Assembly (NCBI GenBank): GCA_964555065.1
Contig: CAZKRB010000001.1
Coordinates: forward strand, 43,413-107,412
DNA: 64,000 nt
Source of the DNA: an uncultured Syntrophus sp.
GTDB taxonomy: Bacteria; Desulfobacterota; Syntrophia; Syntrophales; Syntrophaceae
Direction: 5' to 3'
Shown one piece after another: positions 20,218-31,726 of the stretch. The stretch's first letter is position 1. Every line of letters starts with the position of its first letter. The position numbers and the translations under genes are program-made. The notes beneath the pieces are model-generated. The model had not been told where the DNA came from and did no database searches. It saw nothing but the letters and a program-made list of their open reading frames with translations.

Positions 20218-21531
20218 TTATTCCTCCTTGTTGTTGCTGGAATCCCAGATCAGCCGGGGGTCGAAGGCTTCGGCTGCGAGCATGGTCAGCACGACGACGG
20301 CCGCGAAAAACATCACGCCGGCGCCCGGTTCCACGGACATGAGGGGCTGGAGCTGGACGAGGGCGACGACGAAGGTCACGACAAAGACGTCCAGCATCGA
20401 CCAACGCCCGACGAACTCCACCAGCCGATAGAGGCGAACCCGCTCCTGCCGGCTTCCGATGGAGCGGCGCTGGACGGTGAGGAGCAGATAGGCCAGGGCG
20501 GAAATCTTGGCCATGGGAATGATGATGCTGGCAATCAGAACGATCAGCGCCAGCGGCCAGGATCCCGACTCATAGAGCAGGACGACGCCGCTCAGGATCG
20601 TGTCTTTTTCGGCGTAAGTAGGCGTCGTAGTGCTCATGATCGGGATCAGGTTGGCCGGGATGTAGCAGATCGCGGCGGCGATGAGCAGGGCCCAGGTGCG
20701 CTGGATCGTGTTGCGACGGCGCAGCTCAAGCTCGGAACCGCAGCGCGGGCAGCGTCCCGGTTCAAAGACATCGGCCGGCTTCGACAGCAGGCCGCAGGAC
20801 TCGCAGGAGACAAGTCCCAGCCTGATGCCTGTCAGGGTCGCCTGGGTGCCTGTACTTTTGATCTGCTCTTCCTCCCGACCCCCCGATTTCAGGGATTCCG
20901 CCGATCGAGGCAATTGGTCATCCGCCCAGGAGATTCGCGACCATGCTTCACGAGGATCGAAACAGACCGTCATTGCCGCGATCAGGACGATCAGCGCACC
21001 GACAGCGAACATCCCGATGCCCGGAATTACCGTCGCCAGGTCCGCAATCTTGATCAGGGCGACCAGGATGCCGAGCATCATCACCTCGACCATTGCCCAG
21101 GACGAGTTAAGTCTCGTGATCCGCAAAAGAGCGCCCACCCAGGAGGGAGCAGGGGATTGCCTTAAGGCGAGCAGGATCGTCAGCATGAATACAATATGGA
21201 CTGTCGGAGCGATCACGGTGCAGAACGCAACCAGCACGGCCGTGACTCCCTCCCCCTGCTGCCACATCTTCAGTACGCCGCCGAGGATCGTCGTGCTGGC
21301 ATGGCGCCCGACGGCTGAGAGCCCCATCAGCGGCATGACGTTGGCAACGATCAGGACAATGGCTGCGGCAGCCGTCAAGGCAAGGGTCCGGTCAAGGGAA
21401 TCGGGCTTGCTGGAGGCGATCATATGGCGACAGCGCGGGCAGAGCGCCCTCCCTCCCGGCGGAAGGGCCGGGATGCGCTGCAGCAGATCGCAGTCAGGGC
21501 AGGCCTCGATATTCTGGAAAAAAGGGGTCAT
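20218..21531 (-). CDS. pqiA: Paraquat-inducible protein A (two PqiA domains)
   Basis: CPDC/CPRC and CESC/CPRC motifs, WAMVEV, GRWSMLDVFVV, FDPRLIWD. Confidence 0.92.
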   Translation of the reverse strand: MTPFFQNIEACPDCDLLQRIPALPPGGRALCPRCRHMIASSKPDSLDRTLALTAAAAIVLIVANVMPLMGLSAVGRHASTTILGGVLKMWQQGEGVTAVLVAFCTVIAPTVHIVFMLTILLALRQSPAPSWVGALLRITRLNSSWAMVEVMMLGILVALIKIADLATVIPGIGMFAVGALIVLIAAMTVCFDPREAWSRISWADDQLPRSAESLKSGGREEEQIKSTGTQATLTGIRLGLVSCESCGLLSKPADVFEPGRCPRCGSELELRRRNTIQRTWALLIAAAICYIPANLIPIMSTTTPTYAEKDTILSGVVLLYESGSWPLALIVLIASIIIPMAKISALAYLLLTVQRRSIGSRQERVRLYRLVEFVGRWSMLDVFVVTFVVALVQLQPLMSVEPGAGVMFFAAVVVLTMLAAEAFDPRLIWDSSNNKEE

Positions 21532-21532
21532 T

Positions 21533-22291
21533 TCATTCTTTCCCCTCTACCTGATCGATTGGGCTTTGAAGGCTTTTTTCGCCCTCGGTGGAGTAGATCG
21601 AGACCAGCCGGGCGACCAGAATGGTCACGTAAAATACGCCGGCGACGGATTCCGTCACCGCCAGCATCCGGGAGACATTGGTCGCCGGGATGATGTCCCC
21701 ATAGCCGACAGTCATGAGGGTGGCGAAACTGAAATAGAAGGCTTCGAAGCCCGTCGGCACATGTCTGGAAGCGGATCCCACCGTAAAGAAAAAGGAATCA
21801 GGCGATATCCGGGCGACCAGCTGATAGAGGAAGGACCAGAGCAGCCCCAGCATCAGGTAGTCCGCAATGGCCGCACAGAGGATATCCATACTGACCTTTG
21901 AAGCCCGGAGGATGAAACTCAGGAGATTCAACCCGACAAACCCGCAGAAGAGCGCGGCGACTGCCAGAAAGACTTCAGGCGGCATCAGGTCCGGCCGCCA
22001 ATAATTCAGCCATTTTCCGACCAGTGCGGGTGCCGCCAGGGCAAGACCCCAGATCAGCGTGGTGCGCCGGCTGCCGATCGCCAGCAATGCGGACAGCAGC
22101 ACCAGCGTCAGGAGAACGGAGAGGATCAGAATGCCGTGAGGCAGCAGCTCGATGAAAGGAAAGACGACGAGCAGCAGGACCTGGAGGGCCAGAAAGGCGC
22201 GCAGAGAGAACCGGGAAATTCCTTTCCCGTCAAGGGCGTTCTGATCAGGCCTGCTTTCCCCATCGCGCTTCGGCTGCTTTCTTTGAGGCAT
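21533..22291 (-). CDS. Potassium channel family protein (Ion_trans_2)
   Basis: Pore/filter motif YFSFATLMTVGYGDIIP. Confidence 0.88.
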   Translation of the reverse strand: MPQRKQPKRDGESRPDQNALDGKGISRFSLRAFLALQVLLLVVFPFIELLPHGILILSVLLTLVLLSALLAIGSRRTTLIWGLALAAPALVGKWLNYWRPDLMPPEVFLAVAALFCGFVGLNLLSFILRASKVSMDILCAAIADYLMLGLLWSFLYQLVARISPDSFFFTVGSASRHVPTGFEAFYFSFATLMTVGYGDIIPATNVSRMLAVTESVAGVFYVTILVARLVSIYSTEGEKSLQSPIDQVEGKE

Positions 22292-22448
22292 AACAACCTC
22301 CAGGAACCTGCGGCCGCCCGTCCTCTCCGGGAAAATCCGGGCGGTGAGTCTACAGAGGGGAAGGTTCCGGACACCCCGAAAGCCGTTCCTAAACCGGATC
22401 GGTCCTGACGGCAGGCCGCCCGCCCGCGTTTCTGCGTTGAAAAGGTCT

Positions 22449-23018
22449 CTATTTTCTGATCTTCGTAATCTTCGTCCCCTGCAGGCCGAGACCGGCCATC
22501 AGCCCTCTCTGGTCGAAAAAGAAGGCATAAACATCGGATTTTGCCGTGGTGGTGGAGATGCCGCCCGCTGCCCCCACATCGACGACCACAATATTCGGCG
22601 TCAGGCCGAGTTCCCAGCCGTCACTTTTGTCCAGATAGGCCAGGGAAGAGTCCGTCATCAGGAACAGGGCGTAGCCGTACTGCTGGATGCCGGCCTGCAG
22701 GCCATAAGAAGCGGAAAGGGTGTTGTAGTAAGCGACCACCTTCCCGTCCCGGATCAGGGCGCCCTCTCCATACTGCCCCCCCACGATGAATCCGCCCTTT
22801 ACGATATCCGGAAAGACGAGGATGGCTTTTGCCGTTCTGCTCATCTCCTTTGCCGTCGGCGACTTCGTGTAGAGCTTCTGTAGAGACTTCCGGACATTAT
22901 AATCGATTTGTGTTGCGGAGGCCGCCGTGGCCTGATCTGTGACGACGAAGGCCATCGCGAACACTGCCATTGCGCAAAGAGTAACCGTTAACGGTAAGCG
23001 TAAGCGTCTCATTTGCAT
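22449..23018 (-). CDS. YSC84/SYLF lipid-binding domain exported protein
   Basis: Signal peptide, AKAILVFPDIVKGGFIVGGQYGEGAL, GLMAGLGLQGTKIT. Confidence 0.88.
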   Translation of the reverse strand: MQMRRLRLPLTVTLCAMAVFAMAFVVTDQATAASATQIDYNVRKSLQKLYTKSPTAKEMSRTAKAILVFPDIVKGGFIVGGQYGEGALIRDGKVVAYYNTLSASYGLQAGIQQYGYALFLMTDSSLAYLDKSDGWELGLTPNIVVVDVGAAGGISTTTAKSDVYAFFFDQRGLMAGLGLQGTKITKIRK

Positions 23019-23042
23019 ATCCTCCTTTTCTTAGAGGGTTTT

Positions 23043-23540
23043 TTATTTCTTGTCTGTTTTGATCAGCGGTATTCCTGAACCCAACTCATAATCGACCGCT
23101 GCCTGAATTTTATTCTCGATCTGGTAGTAGCGCACGACCTTTATGTCGGGCAAAACCTGGCGGAATTTCGGGAGGTATGCCTTGCGCACCTCCAGTCGCA
23201 GGGTCTCAATGGTCATCAATTCATCAAGAAGTTTTCTTGCCGTAGCATTGGTCATCTTCCCATAGGCATCCTGATACGCCTTGATTAAATTCAAGGTGCG
23301 CATGCGAAGAAGAAAGAGTTCATCCTGGTACTTTTCGTAGACCGGCCAGAAGGCTTTTGCTTCTTTCTCGGTAAGCTGCATGTTCTCTGCGACGAGCAGC
23401 TTTTTATCCGCTTTCATTTTTTCGAGAACGATTTGCATATTATCGGTTGTCGGTTCCTGCGCCACAGCAGGACTGCCGATGACTAAAAGCAGGGTGGTCA
23501 GGACCACGGCCACAAACAGAAATCCTGTTTTCCTTTTCAT
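23043..23540 (-). CDS. Uncharacterised helical periplasmic protein
   Basis: Signal peptide; KKLLVAENMQLTEKEAKAFWPVY; SD aggagg. Confidence 0.8.
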   Translation of the reverse strand: MKRKTGFLFVAVVLTTLLLVIGSPAVAQEPTTDNMQIVLEKMKADKKLLVAENMQLTEKEAKAFWPVYEKYQDELFLLRMRTLNLIKAYQDAYGKMTNATARKLLDELMTIETLRLEVRKAYLPKFRQVLPDIKVVRYYQIENKIQAAVDYELGSGIPLIKTDKK

Positions 23541-23744
23541 GAGAATCCTCCTTGGGATTTTTTTAAAGGTTCGACTTTCGTCCGCCGCTCCATTGCAGAA
23601 ATCGGAAGGCCGCCCTCAAAGGTTGCACACACGAGGGACAACCGTTACCCATTTTATCTCCGCAAGCAGCGGTGTTTCGCTTCCGAAAAGCCGATGTCGC
23701 AGCCTGCCGCCCAGCCTCAGCAGACCCTTTTCTACGGCTGACCG

Positions 23745-24434
23745 TTACTCCTCTGTTTCCATCTTTTTGCCCTTGGCATCATCCAAAAACTTCACAATTC
23801 TTTCCGACCAGAACTTGAAGGCATCCGTGGCCGACCCCCACTTGGAAAATCTTTCCGTATAGCCTGCCTGCCGCTCGTCCACGGCCATCGCGATCACCTC
23901 ATTGGTTGAAGAGTCGAGGACCATCAATTCAGTCCCCGTTGCGCCGCTTCCCGACCAGCCCCCCGTTACCCCCTTCTTGACGACGCTGATGCCGATCCCG
24001 ACGGGAATAATCGAGGTGACGGCGCTGACCCCCGGTCGGCTCGCCTTGATCTTCGTAATGGCAAAACGAATCCGGCCCACGCCGGGACCTGGCTCCGACA
24101 CGATCGTGTACTTGTACTTCAGGGCATCCACGATTTCCTTGTTGCAGGAATCGGCCATTTCTTTCATCTCCTGGGGATCAATCCCCTTGTACTCCGAGTC
24201 GTCGGCCAGGTAAAAGACGACGCCGTCCACCATGAACTTGTCGTATTTACTGAAATCCACGCCGGGCTTCAGCCACCGCAGCTGAGCCCCGCCGTCGGGC
24301 CCGGGCGTCAATTTCTGATAGACACCAGGATCGCCGAGAAACCCGGAAAAGTTAGCATTCCCGGAAAACACGGTTGATGCCGAGAGGAGAATGCCTATCG
24401 TGACAACCAAGATGACTCTTGACAATGTTTTCAT
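23745..24434 (-). CDS. DUF3313 domain exported protein
   Basis: NFSGFLGD, VDFSKYDKFMVD, RIRFAIT, LMVLDSSTNEVIAMAVD, AFKFW. Confidence 0.8.
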   Translation of the reverse strand: MKTLSRVILVVTIGILLSASTVFSGNANFSGFLGDPGVYQKLTPGPDGGAQLRWLKPGVDFSKYDKFMVDGVVFYLADDSEYKGIDPQEMKEMADSCNKEIVDALKYKYTIVSEPGPGVGRIRFAITKIKASRPGVSAVTSIIPVGIGISVVKKGVTGGWSGSGATGTELMVLDSSTNEVIAMAVDERQAGYTERFSKWGSATDAFKFWSERIVKFLDDAKGKKMETEE

Positions 24435-24481
24435 AACGACCTCCATTCATCATTTTATGGTCTGGTTTCAATGGCGCCCGG

Positions 24482-24805
24482 TCAGGTTCCTTTCCTCAAC
24501 TGCTTCAGGACGCCAATTTCTTCCCACGGAGCATCTCCGCCCAGCCTGACCCTCGACGTTTGACTCAACAGATCGACCGCCCCGAGAAGGGCGCAGCCTC
24601 CGATGGAGCCGATGTAACTTTCGAATTTTCTCCTATTCTCCCAAATCATCGAAAGAAAGAAGACTTCACCATCCTCCATGTCACGGTAGATATGGGATTC
24701 ACGGCATCCGTCTTCCGTGCGCATCGTGGGAAGGAGCGCCTGTAAGGTCTGATAGAGCTCGTTGAACTTTTCCGCTTTAGCCCTCACTTCGATGATGAGA
24801 TTCAT
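24482..24805 (-). CDS. Antibiotic biosynthesis monooxygenase (ABM)-like small protein
   Basis: LLPTMRTEDGCRESHIYRDME...MIWE pattern; ATG after SD gagggaaggg. Confidence 0.7.
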   Translation of the reverse strand: MNLIIEVRAKAEKFNELYQTLQALLPTMRTEDGCRESHIYRDMEDGEVFFLSMIWENRRKFESYIGSIGGCALLGAVDLLSQTSRVRLGGDAPWEEIGVLKQLRKGT

Positions 24806-24854
24806 GGCCCTTCCCTCTTTGTGTTGGACTGGTTCCGGCTGATGTTCGTATTGC

Positions 24855-25520
24855 TCAACGCTTATTCCCCTGTACGGTGTAAAGACTGACGAGCCGGGCC
24901 ACGGTGATGGCAATGAAAAGCTGACCCGTGATCGTTTCGAACATCGCCAGGGAACGGGCCTGAAGGGATACCGGCAGGAGGTCCCCGTAACCCGTTGTCG
25001 TCAGTGTGATAAAACTGAAGTAGAGGAAACCCGACCGGTCTTTCGCCCCGGCAAAACTGAAGGACCCCGGGTAGAGGGCCTCTATGAGGCTGTAAAGGGA
25101 CGCCCACAGGACGCCGATGAGCACGTATTCGCTGGCCCCGGCCATGATCATGTCCGCGGTGACACGTTCCTGCCTGGCCAGGAATAATAAAATGGCAGCA
25201 ACGGCATAGAGGAGGAAGAGAATGATCAGAATCTTGCTCGCCCAGGACGTCATCTCATTATGAAGAAAAAAGTCTGAAACATCGGCCAGAACGGCAACCG
25301 CGGCCATGACGATGACCAGCCACTGGGACTGCCGCTTTTCGTGAACCGCCCAGACACAGGAAATAATAAGGAACCAGATGAAGAGGTCCGTAACGACGGT
25401 CAAGGCCTTCGGGATCACGATAAAGGGTCGGAGCAGAAAAAGCATCACGACGGTGAAGAACAGATAGGAGAACCGGGCGTTCAAAATAACCGTGATCATG
25501 CTTTTGACAGGGCGACGCAT
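24855..25520 (-). CDS. Potassium channel family protein (Ion_trans_2)
   Basis: YFSFITLTTTGYGDLLP filter; paralogue of 21533..22291. Confidence 0.88.
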   Translation of the reverse strand: MRRPVKSMITVILNARFSYLFFTVVMLFLLRPFIVIPKALTVVTDLFIWFLIISCVWAVHEKRQSQWLVIVMAAVAVLADVSDFFLHNEMTSWASKILIILFLLYAVAAILLFLARQERVTADMIMAGASEYVLIGVLWASLYSLIEALYPGSFSFAGAKDRSGFLYFSFITLTTTGYGDLLPVSLQARSLAMFETITGQLFIAITVARLVSLYTVQGNKR

Positions 25521-25554
25521 GGCCTTTTTCTCCTGCCGCGCTTAGGGGCTGTGG

Positions 25555-26985
25555 TTAGGGTTTTCCCACGGAAGGGGAAGCCGAAAGCTTTTCCGCCTCG
25601 ACGATCCAGCCCCCCCCCATGGCCTTGTAGAGGTTGATGAGTGCCTGGAAGAGGACCCCCTGGGACTGGACGTAGGCAAGTTCCACGTCAAAGAGGCTCC
25701 GCTCGGCATCCAGCACCTCGAGGTAACTGGCGTAGCCGTTGTCGAACCGGACTCGCGCCAGGTCGGCGTAGGTCCGGAGTGCCACGACCCGTTGTTTCTG
25801 GGCTTCGAGCTGCCTGCGGGTCAGGTTCTGGTCCGCAAGGGCGTCGTTGACCTCCCGGAAGGCCGTCTGAATGGTCTGTTGGTACTGGATGAGAGCCTGC
25901 TGCTGCAGCGCCTCAGTCACCCTGACCTGGCTGGAGATCTTGCCGGCGGTGAAGATGGGGGCGGTAATGGCCGCGCTGTACTGCCAGGCCTTGGCCGGCC
26001 CGGTAAAGAGGTCGGAGAATTCGGAGCTGGCGTACCCAAGCAGGCCGGTAAGGGAGAGGGCGGGGAAATAGGCCGCCTTGGCGACGCCGATCAGGGCATT
26101 GGCGGAGATGAGGTTCTGCTCGGCCTGTTTGATGTCCGGACGGCGCTCCAGAAGCTCGGACGGAAGTCCGGCGGGGACGGCCGGCAGCTTCAGGTCGTCG
26201 ATGCTCTTTCCCCGGGGAATGGGGCCGGGGTTGCGGCCCAGAAGCACGTTGAGGGCGTTCTCCTGCAGGGCGACGGATTTCTCGATCTGGGGAATGGTGG
26301 CCAGGGCCTGTTCATACTCGGACTTGCTTTGGGCCAGTTCCATCTCATTGATGATTCCGGCTTCGAAGCGCATCTGGAGCAGCTCGTAGGAACCCTTGCG
26401 GAGCTCGGCCGTCCTCCTGGAGATTTCCAGCTGCTTGTCCAGGTCACGGAGGTTCATATAAGAGACCGCCACCGAACTCACCAGGGAGAGGATGATGCCG
26501 CGCCGCCCCTCCTCGCTGGCCAGGAGGTCGGCCCGGGCCGCCTCGCTGCTTCTCCGGATCCGGCCCCAGATGTCCAGCTCCCAGGAGGCGTTCAGGTAAA
26601 CCTCCTGGGTTCCGGTGACGATGTGGTAGCCTTTGGGTAGGTCGTTGCCGTTTCGTTCCGTGACCTGCTGCTGGCCGAACAATGCACCGGCTCCCACCCG
26701 GGGGTAGAGGTCGGCGCGTACCACGCCATACCGGGCCGCGAACTCGTCGACCCGGGCGGAGGCGATCATGAGGTCCTTGTTTTCCCGGATTGCTGCGGCG
26801 ATGAGGTCGTCCAGGACCGGATCGTCGAGCTGTCGCCACCAGGCAATGTTGACCGTCTCCTGAGCATCCGGTTCGGTCAGGCGCCAAGCGGGAGGTGTCT
26901 CGACGGCGGGACGAAGGTAGTCGGGACCGACCATGCAGCCGATCAGCGGCAGGGCCAGGAGAAAAAGAAGGGCGAGTCTACGCAT
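25555..26985 (-). CDS. RND outer-membrane lipoprotein (NodT/OprM family)
   Basis: LIGC lipobox, [37 protein letters not shown]. Confidence 0.93.
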   Translation of the reverse strand: MRRLALLFLLALPLIGCMVGPDYLRPAVETPPAWRLTEPDAQETVNIAWWRQLDDPVLDDLIAAAIRENKDLMIASARVDEFAARYGVVRADLYPRVGAGALFGQQQVTERNGNDLPKGYHIVTGTQEVYLNASWELDIWGRIRRSSEAARADLLASEEGRRGIILSLVSSVAVSYMNLRDLDKQLEISRRTAELRKGSYELLQMRFEAGIINEMELAQSKSEYEQALATIPQIEKSVALQENALNVLLGRNPGPIPRGKSIDDLKLPAVPAGLPSELLERRPDIKQAEQNLISANALIGVAKAAYFPALSLTGLLGYASSEFSDLFTGPAKAWQYSAAITAPIFTAGKISSQVRVTEALQQQALIQYQQTIQTAFREVNDALADQNLTRRQLEAQKQRVVALRTYADLARVRFDNGYASYLEVLDAERSLFDVELAYVQSQGVLFQALINLYKAMGGGWIVEAEKLSASPSVGKP

Positions 26986-29900
26986 GGGGTTCACCTCCTG
27001 TGCCTGTCGTCCCGTCGGATGCCTCTCCTCCCGGAGGATGGGCGCCGGCATCCCCCTGGTGGCCAAGTTTTTCGATCACGTAGTAGGTCACAGGGATGAG
27101 GAAGATGGCAATGAAGGAAGCCGCCAGCATCCCGAAAATGACCGTGATTCCCATAACCTGCCGGGAGATGGCGCCGGCCCCGCTGGCGATGGCCAACGGC
27201 ACACAGCCCAGGATGAAGGCGAAGGAGGTCATGAGGATCGGGCGGAGCCGGAGCCGCGCCCCGTTGAGGGCGGCATCCATGAGCGACTCCCCTTTCTCGT
27301 ACTCCATTTTGGCGAACTCGACGATGAGGATGGCGTTCTTGGCGGCCAGGCCGATGAGCATGACGAGACCGATCTGGGCGTAGACGTTGTTCTCGAAATG
27401 CCGCCACATGAGACCGGCGAAGGCCCCGGCCACGGCGATGGGGGTCCCGAGGAGAACCGAGAAGGGCAGCGACCAGCTTTCATACTGGGCCGCCAGGATC
27501 AGGAAGACGCAGAGGAGCGAGAAGGCGAAGATCGCCATCGGCGAGACCCCCTGCTGGGCCTTCTTTTCCTGGAACGACATGCCGCTGTAGTCATAGCCCA
27601 TCTCCCGGGGCATCGTCGAGGCGAACACCTCTTCCAGCGCCGTCATGGTCTGGGCTGAGCTGTAGCCGGGGGCGGCCGTGGCATTGATCTGCGCGGACCG
27701 GTACAGGTTGAAGCGCATGGTGAATTCCGGCCCGGTGATGTTGCGGATCGAGGTGAGCGCCGAGAGGGGAACCGTTTTTCCGTCGCTGTTGCGGACGTAG
27801 AACTGGCCGATGTTTTCGATGTTGGTCCGGTAGTCCCCCTCCGCCTGGATAAAGACCTGCCATTGGCGTCCAAACCGGTTGAAGTAGTTGATGAAGCCGC
27901 TTCCCATGAAGCTCTGCAGGACCTTGTAGACATCGGAGATGTCCACCCCCTGCGCGAGCGCCTTGTTCCGGTCCACGTCCACGAAGAGCTGAGGCACGGT
28001 CGGGAGGAAGGTCGTGGTGACCCGGGCCAGTTCCGGCCGTTTTCTCGCCTCTTCAATAAACTTCTGCGTGTTGGCCGCCAGGAACGCGATATCCTTGCCG
28101 GCCCGGTCCTGCAGGATAAAGGTGACCCCGCCGGAGGTGCCGACTCCCATGATGGCCGGGGGCGGGAAGGCGAAGCCCATGGCGCCGGTAAGTCCAGCCA
28201 TCTTTTTCGAGATGGAGGCCTTGATCGCCTCGTACTGCTCTTCCGGCTTCTTCCGCTTGGACCACTCCTCCAGGGAGATGAAGAAGAAGGCGCTGTAGGT
28301 GTTCTGGACCTGGCTCAGCATGCTGTAGCCGATGATGGAGGAGCAGTACTTGACCCCCGGGGTCTTCATGATGATGGCCTCAGCCTGGGCGGCCACCTCG
28401 CCGGTCCGCTGCAGCGAAGCGGCGTCAGGCAGTTGGATGCCGGCGAAGATGAACCCCTGGTCCTCGTCGGGGAGGAAGCCCACGGGAATAGACTTGCCGG
28501 AAAAGCCGGCCAGAACCGCCACCCCCGCAAGGAGGATGAGGCTGACGGCACTTTTCCGGATGGCCGTCCTGCAGAGGGAGACATAGCCGTCCGTGGCCCG
28601 GCCGAAAACCCTGTTGAACCCGTCGTAGAATTTCTGGAGCGGCCCGGTTCCCTTGACCTTCGGTTTCAGCAGGAGGGCGCAGAGGGCAGGGGAGAGGGAA
28701 AGGGCGTTGAAGGCGGAGAAGATGACCGACACGGCGATGGTCACCGCGAACTGCTGGTAAAGCTGGCCGGTGATGCCGGGTATGAAGGCGGTGGGAACGA
28801 AGACCGCCGCCAGGATGATGGCGATGGCGATGACCGGCCCGGAGACCTCCTCCATGGCCTTCAGGGAGGCCTCCTTGGGGGAGAGCCCGTGTTCGATGTG
28901 GTGTTCCACCGCCTCGACGACGACGATGGCGTCATCCACCACGAGGCCGATGGCCAGCACCAGCCCGAAGAGGGAGAGGGTGTTGATGGAAAAACCCAGC
29001 AGCGGAAAGACGGCGAAGGTCCCCACGAGGGATACGGGCACCGCCAGCAGGGGGATGAGGGTGGCCCGCCACCCCTGGAGGAAGAGGAAGACCACAAGAA
29101 CGACAAGCACAAGGGCCTCGAAGAAGGTGTGCTTGATTTCCGTGATCCCTTCCGTGACCGCCAGCGTCGTGTCCAGCGCCACCGTATACTCCAGGTCGGG
29201 CGGGAACCTTTTCTTCAGTTCCTCCATCAGCGCCTTGGTGCCGTTGGCGGCCTCCAGGGCGTTGGTCCCCGGCATCTGATAGAGGGCGATCAGAGCGCAG
29301 GGCTTTCCGTTCAGCCGGCTTTCCAGGTTGTAGGTCTGGGCGCCCAGTTCGATGCGGGCCACGTCCCGGACCCGGACGATGGAGCCGTCCGGATTGGCGC
29401 GCAGGACGATGTCGCCGAACTGCTCCTCCGTTTCCAGGCGCCCCTGGGCCTGGACGGAGTAGGTGAACTCCTGGCCCTTCGGCACCGGCTGGGCTCCCAC
29501 CTGCCCGGCAGGGTTCACCGTATTCTGGGCGTTGACCGCGTTCATGATCTCGGGGATGGTGATATTCAGCTTGGCCAGCTGGTCCGGCCGGACCCAGATC
29601 CGCATGGCGTACTGCCCGGCGCCGAAGACCGTGACGCTGGCGATGCCCTTGATCCGGGTCATCTGGTCGTTGATGTTGATGTAGGAATAGTTGGCCAGGA
29701 AAACATTGTCATAGGTCCCCTTGGGGGAGAAGAGGGCAAACATGATCAGGGGTGACGAGGTGGACTTCTGCACCGTCACGCCGTAATTGACCACATCCCG
29801 CGGCAGTTGCGATTCCGCCTGTCCCTCCCGCATCTGGGCGAGGATCTGGTCGGTGTTGGCATCGGTCTTCAGATCGAAGTAGTTATAGAGAGTCATCTGC

Positions 29901-30157
29901 CCGTTGTTGGCATTGATGGAGTACATGTAGTCCAGGTTGTCCACCCCGGACATCTGCTGTTCAATGGGGGTGGCCACGGACTGCTCAAGGGTCTGGGCGT
30001 TCGCTCCCGTGTAGGTGGCGTTCACCTGGATCGCCGGCGGGACGATGTTGGGAAACTGGGCGATGGGGAGCCGTGCCATGGCGACCAGACCGATGATCAC
30101 CATGAGGATCGCGATGACCATGGCCACGATGGGTCGATTGATGAAGAACTTTGACAT
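26978..30157 (-). CDS. HAE1 multidrug RND permease (AcrB-like)
   Basis: [48 protein letters not shown]. Confidence 0.95.
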   Translation of the reverse strand: MSKFFINRPIVAMVIAILMVIIGLVAMARLPIAQFPNIVPPAIQVNATYTGANAQTLEQSVATPIEQQMSGVDNLDYMYSINANNGQMTLYNYFDLKTDANTDQILAQMREGQAESQLPRDVVNYGVTVQKSTSSPLIMFALFSPKGTYDNVFLANYSYININDQMTRIKGIASVTVFGAGQYAMRIWVRPDQLAKLNITIPEIMNAVNAQNTVNPAGQVGAQPVPKGQEFTYSVQAQGRLETEEQFGDIVLRANPDGSIVRVRDVARIELGAQTYNLESRLNGKPCALIALYQMPGTNALEAANGTKALMEELKKRFPPDLEYTVALDTTLAVTEGITEIKHTFFEALVLVVLVVFLFLQGWRATLIPLLAVPVSLVGTFAVFPLLGFSINTLSLFGLVLAIGLVVDDAIVVVEAVEHHIEHGLSPKEASLKAMEEVSGPVIAIAIILAAVFVPTAFIPGITGQLYQQFAVTIAVSVIFSAFNALSLSPALCALLLKPKVKGTGPLQKFYDGFNRVFGRATDGYVSLCRTAIRKSAVSLILLAGVAVLAGFSGKSIPVGFLPDEDQGFIFAGIQLPDAASLQRTGEVAAQAEAIIMKTPGVKYCSSIIGYSMLSQVQNTYSAFFFISLEEWSKRKKPEEQYEAIKASISKKMAGLTGAMGFAFPPPAIMGVGTSGGVTFILQDRAGKDIAFLAANTQKFIEEARKRPELARVTTTFLPTVPQLFVDVDRNKALAQGVDISDVYKVLQSFMGSGFINYFNRFGRQWQVFIQAEGDYRTNIENIGQFYVRNSDGKTVPLSALTSIRNITGPEFTMRFNLYRSAQINATAAPGYSSAQTMTALEEVFASTMPREMGYDYSGMSFQEKKAQQGVSPMAIFAFSLLCVFLILAAQYESWSLPFSVLLGTPIAVAGAFAGLMWRHFENNVYAQIGLVMLIGLAAKNAILIVEFAKMEYEKGESLMDAALNGARLRLRPILMTSFAFILGCVPLAIASGAGAISRQVMGITVIFGMLAASFIAIFLIPVTYYVIEKLGHQGDAGAHPPGGEASDGTTGTGGEPHA

Positions 30158-30163
30158 GGCGGC

Positions 30164-31423
30164 CTACCCCTTTCTGTCGGTCGCCGGAGCGGCTGGCCGG
30201 GACGCGGGAGCGCTGCCGGGAGCGGCAGGACGGAAGGGCTTCGGATTGACCGGTGACCCGGGACGGACTTTCTGGGTCCCCTCGGCAACCACAGACTCAC
30301 CCGGCTTCAACCCCTCGCTGATGATCCAGTCGGAGCCGATTCGTTGACCCGCCTTCACCTGGCGGATTTCCACCTTGTTGCCGCTCCCCACGACCGCCAC
30401 GAGATATTTTCCCTGGAGCTCGGTCACCGCCCGCTGGGGGACAAGGACGGCTCCCTTCTGCACCGACATGAGGGCTTTGACCTTCGCGTAGCCGCCGGGG
30501 CGAAGGACGTTCTGCGGGTTGGGGAAGAGAGATCCCACCTTGAGAGTCCCGGTGGTGGGATCGATCTGCCGGTCGGCGAGGGTGAATTTCCCCTGGTGGG
30601 GATAGACGCTCCCGTCAGCCAGAATCAGTTCCAGGGGGATGTCCTCCACACTCCGGCTGTTGCCTCGGAGGGCGCTTTCCCGCAGGGTGAGATATTCCCG
30701 CTCGCTGATGTTGATGTAGGCCTTGATCGGATCGACGCTGGAGACGGTGGTCAGCTCCTGGACGGAGCTTGGACCGACCAGGTTGCCGAGCTGGGTCTTG
30801 GCGATGCCGGCAATGCCGTCGACAGGGGAGGTGATCTTGGTAAACCCGAGATCCAGTTTGGCCTTGTCCAGGCTGGCCGCTGCGGAGGCAATGGCGGCTC
30901 TGGCCGCGGCCACCGAAGCCTTGGTCGCCAGTTCGCGGCCGATGGCGTCGTCAAGGTCCCGCTGGGAAACGGCATTCTTGGCTGCCAGGGGCCTGATCCG
31001 GGCCAGTTCGGCCTTGGCTGTCATATAGGTGGCCTCAGCCCGGGCCAGATCGCCCTTGGCCTGGTCCAAGGTGCCCTTGGCCTGGTTCACCGCCGCCTGA
31101 AAGGTCCGGGGATCGATCTCGAAGAGGACCTGCCCCTTTTTCACCGGAAGCCCCTCGGTGTAGTTCTGCCGGATCAGGTACCCGGTCACCTGGGGTTTGA
31201 TGACGGCATTGACATTGCCGTCCAGCGAACCGACCCATTCCTGGTAAAGGGGAACGTCGCGGGCATCAACGGTGACGACCTCCACCGTCGGCGGCGGAGG
31301 GGCAGCCTCCTTTTTCCTTTCACACCCGGCAGCTGCCAAAACTCCGCAGAAAAGGCAGAAGAGTATCCCCCTGAGCACGATCATTTTTAGACCTTCTTCC
31401 TTCCTGGTTCCCCTCCAGCGCAT
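30164..31423 (-). CDS. RND periplasmic adaptor subunit (AcrA-like)
   Basis: Lipobox-like AAGC, IKPQVTGY, LFEIDPR, ITSPVDG, TGTL; alternative start at 31384. Confidence 0.92.
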   Translation of the reverse strand: MRWRGTRKEEGLKMIVLRGILFCLFCGVLAAAGCERKKEAAPPPPTVEVVTVDARDVPLYQEWVGSLDGNVNAVIKPQVTGYLIRQNYTEGLPVKKGQVLFEIDPRTFQAAVNQAKGTLDQAKGDLARAEATYMTAKAELARIRPLAAKNAVSQRDLDDAIGRELATKASVAAARAAIASAAASLDKAKLDLGFTKITSPVDGIAGIAKTQLGNLVGPSSVQELTTVSSVDPIKAYINISEREYLTLRESALRGNSRSVEDIPLELILADGSVYPHQGKFTLADRQIDPTTGTLKVGSLFPNPQNVLRPGGYAKVKALMSVQKGAVLVPQRAVTELQGKYLVAVVGSGNKVEIRQVKAGQRIGSDWIISEGLKPGESVVAEGTQKVRPGSPVNPKPFRPAAPGSAPASRPAAPATDRKG

Positions 31424-31689
31424 AAATGCCCCCTGTCCTCATTGAATCCTATCGTTTGATGTCTGGTAAAAATCCCGGGTATCCATGCCGGCTGACTTTT
31501 GATAAACCGCGGTTCCTGATCCAACCCATAAAAATGTGGGAAGGGGCCTTGATCCTCTTGACCTGTTGCCCATAGTAAATCCAAAAAACATGCTAAATAA
31601 TGGAAACCGTGTATCAAGCCGTAACTGTACAATATTATATATATTCTTTGTAAATTATAAAAAGGCTGAAACTGTGGCGAAAAGAAATG

Positions 31690-31726
31690 CCCTCAACATA
31701 TTGCGGATCTGTAAGATATTGAGGGA
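31690..31726. promoter_or_regulatory. Conserved 37-bp candidate enhancer (UAS), copy 1
   Basis: ccctcaacatattgcggatctgtaagatattgaggga; 29/37 identical to 54898-54934. Confidence 0.7.
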
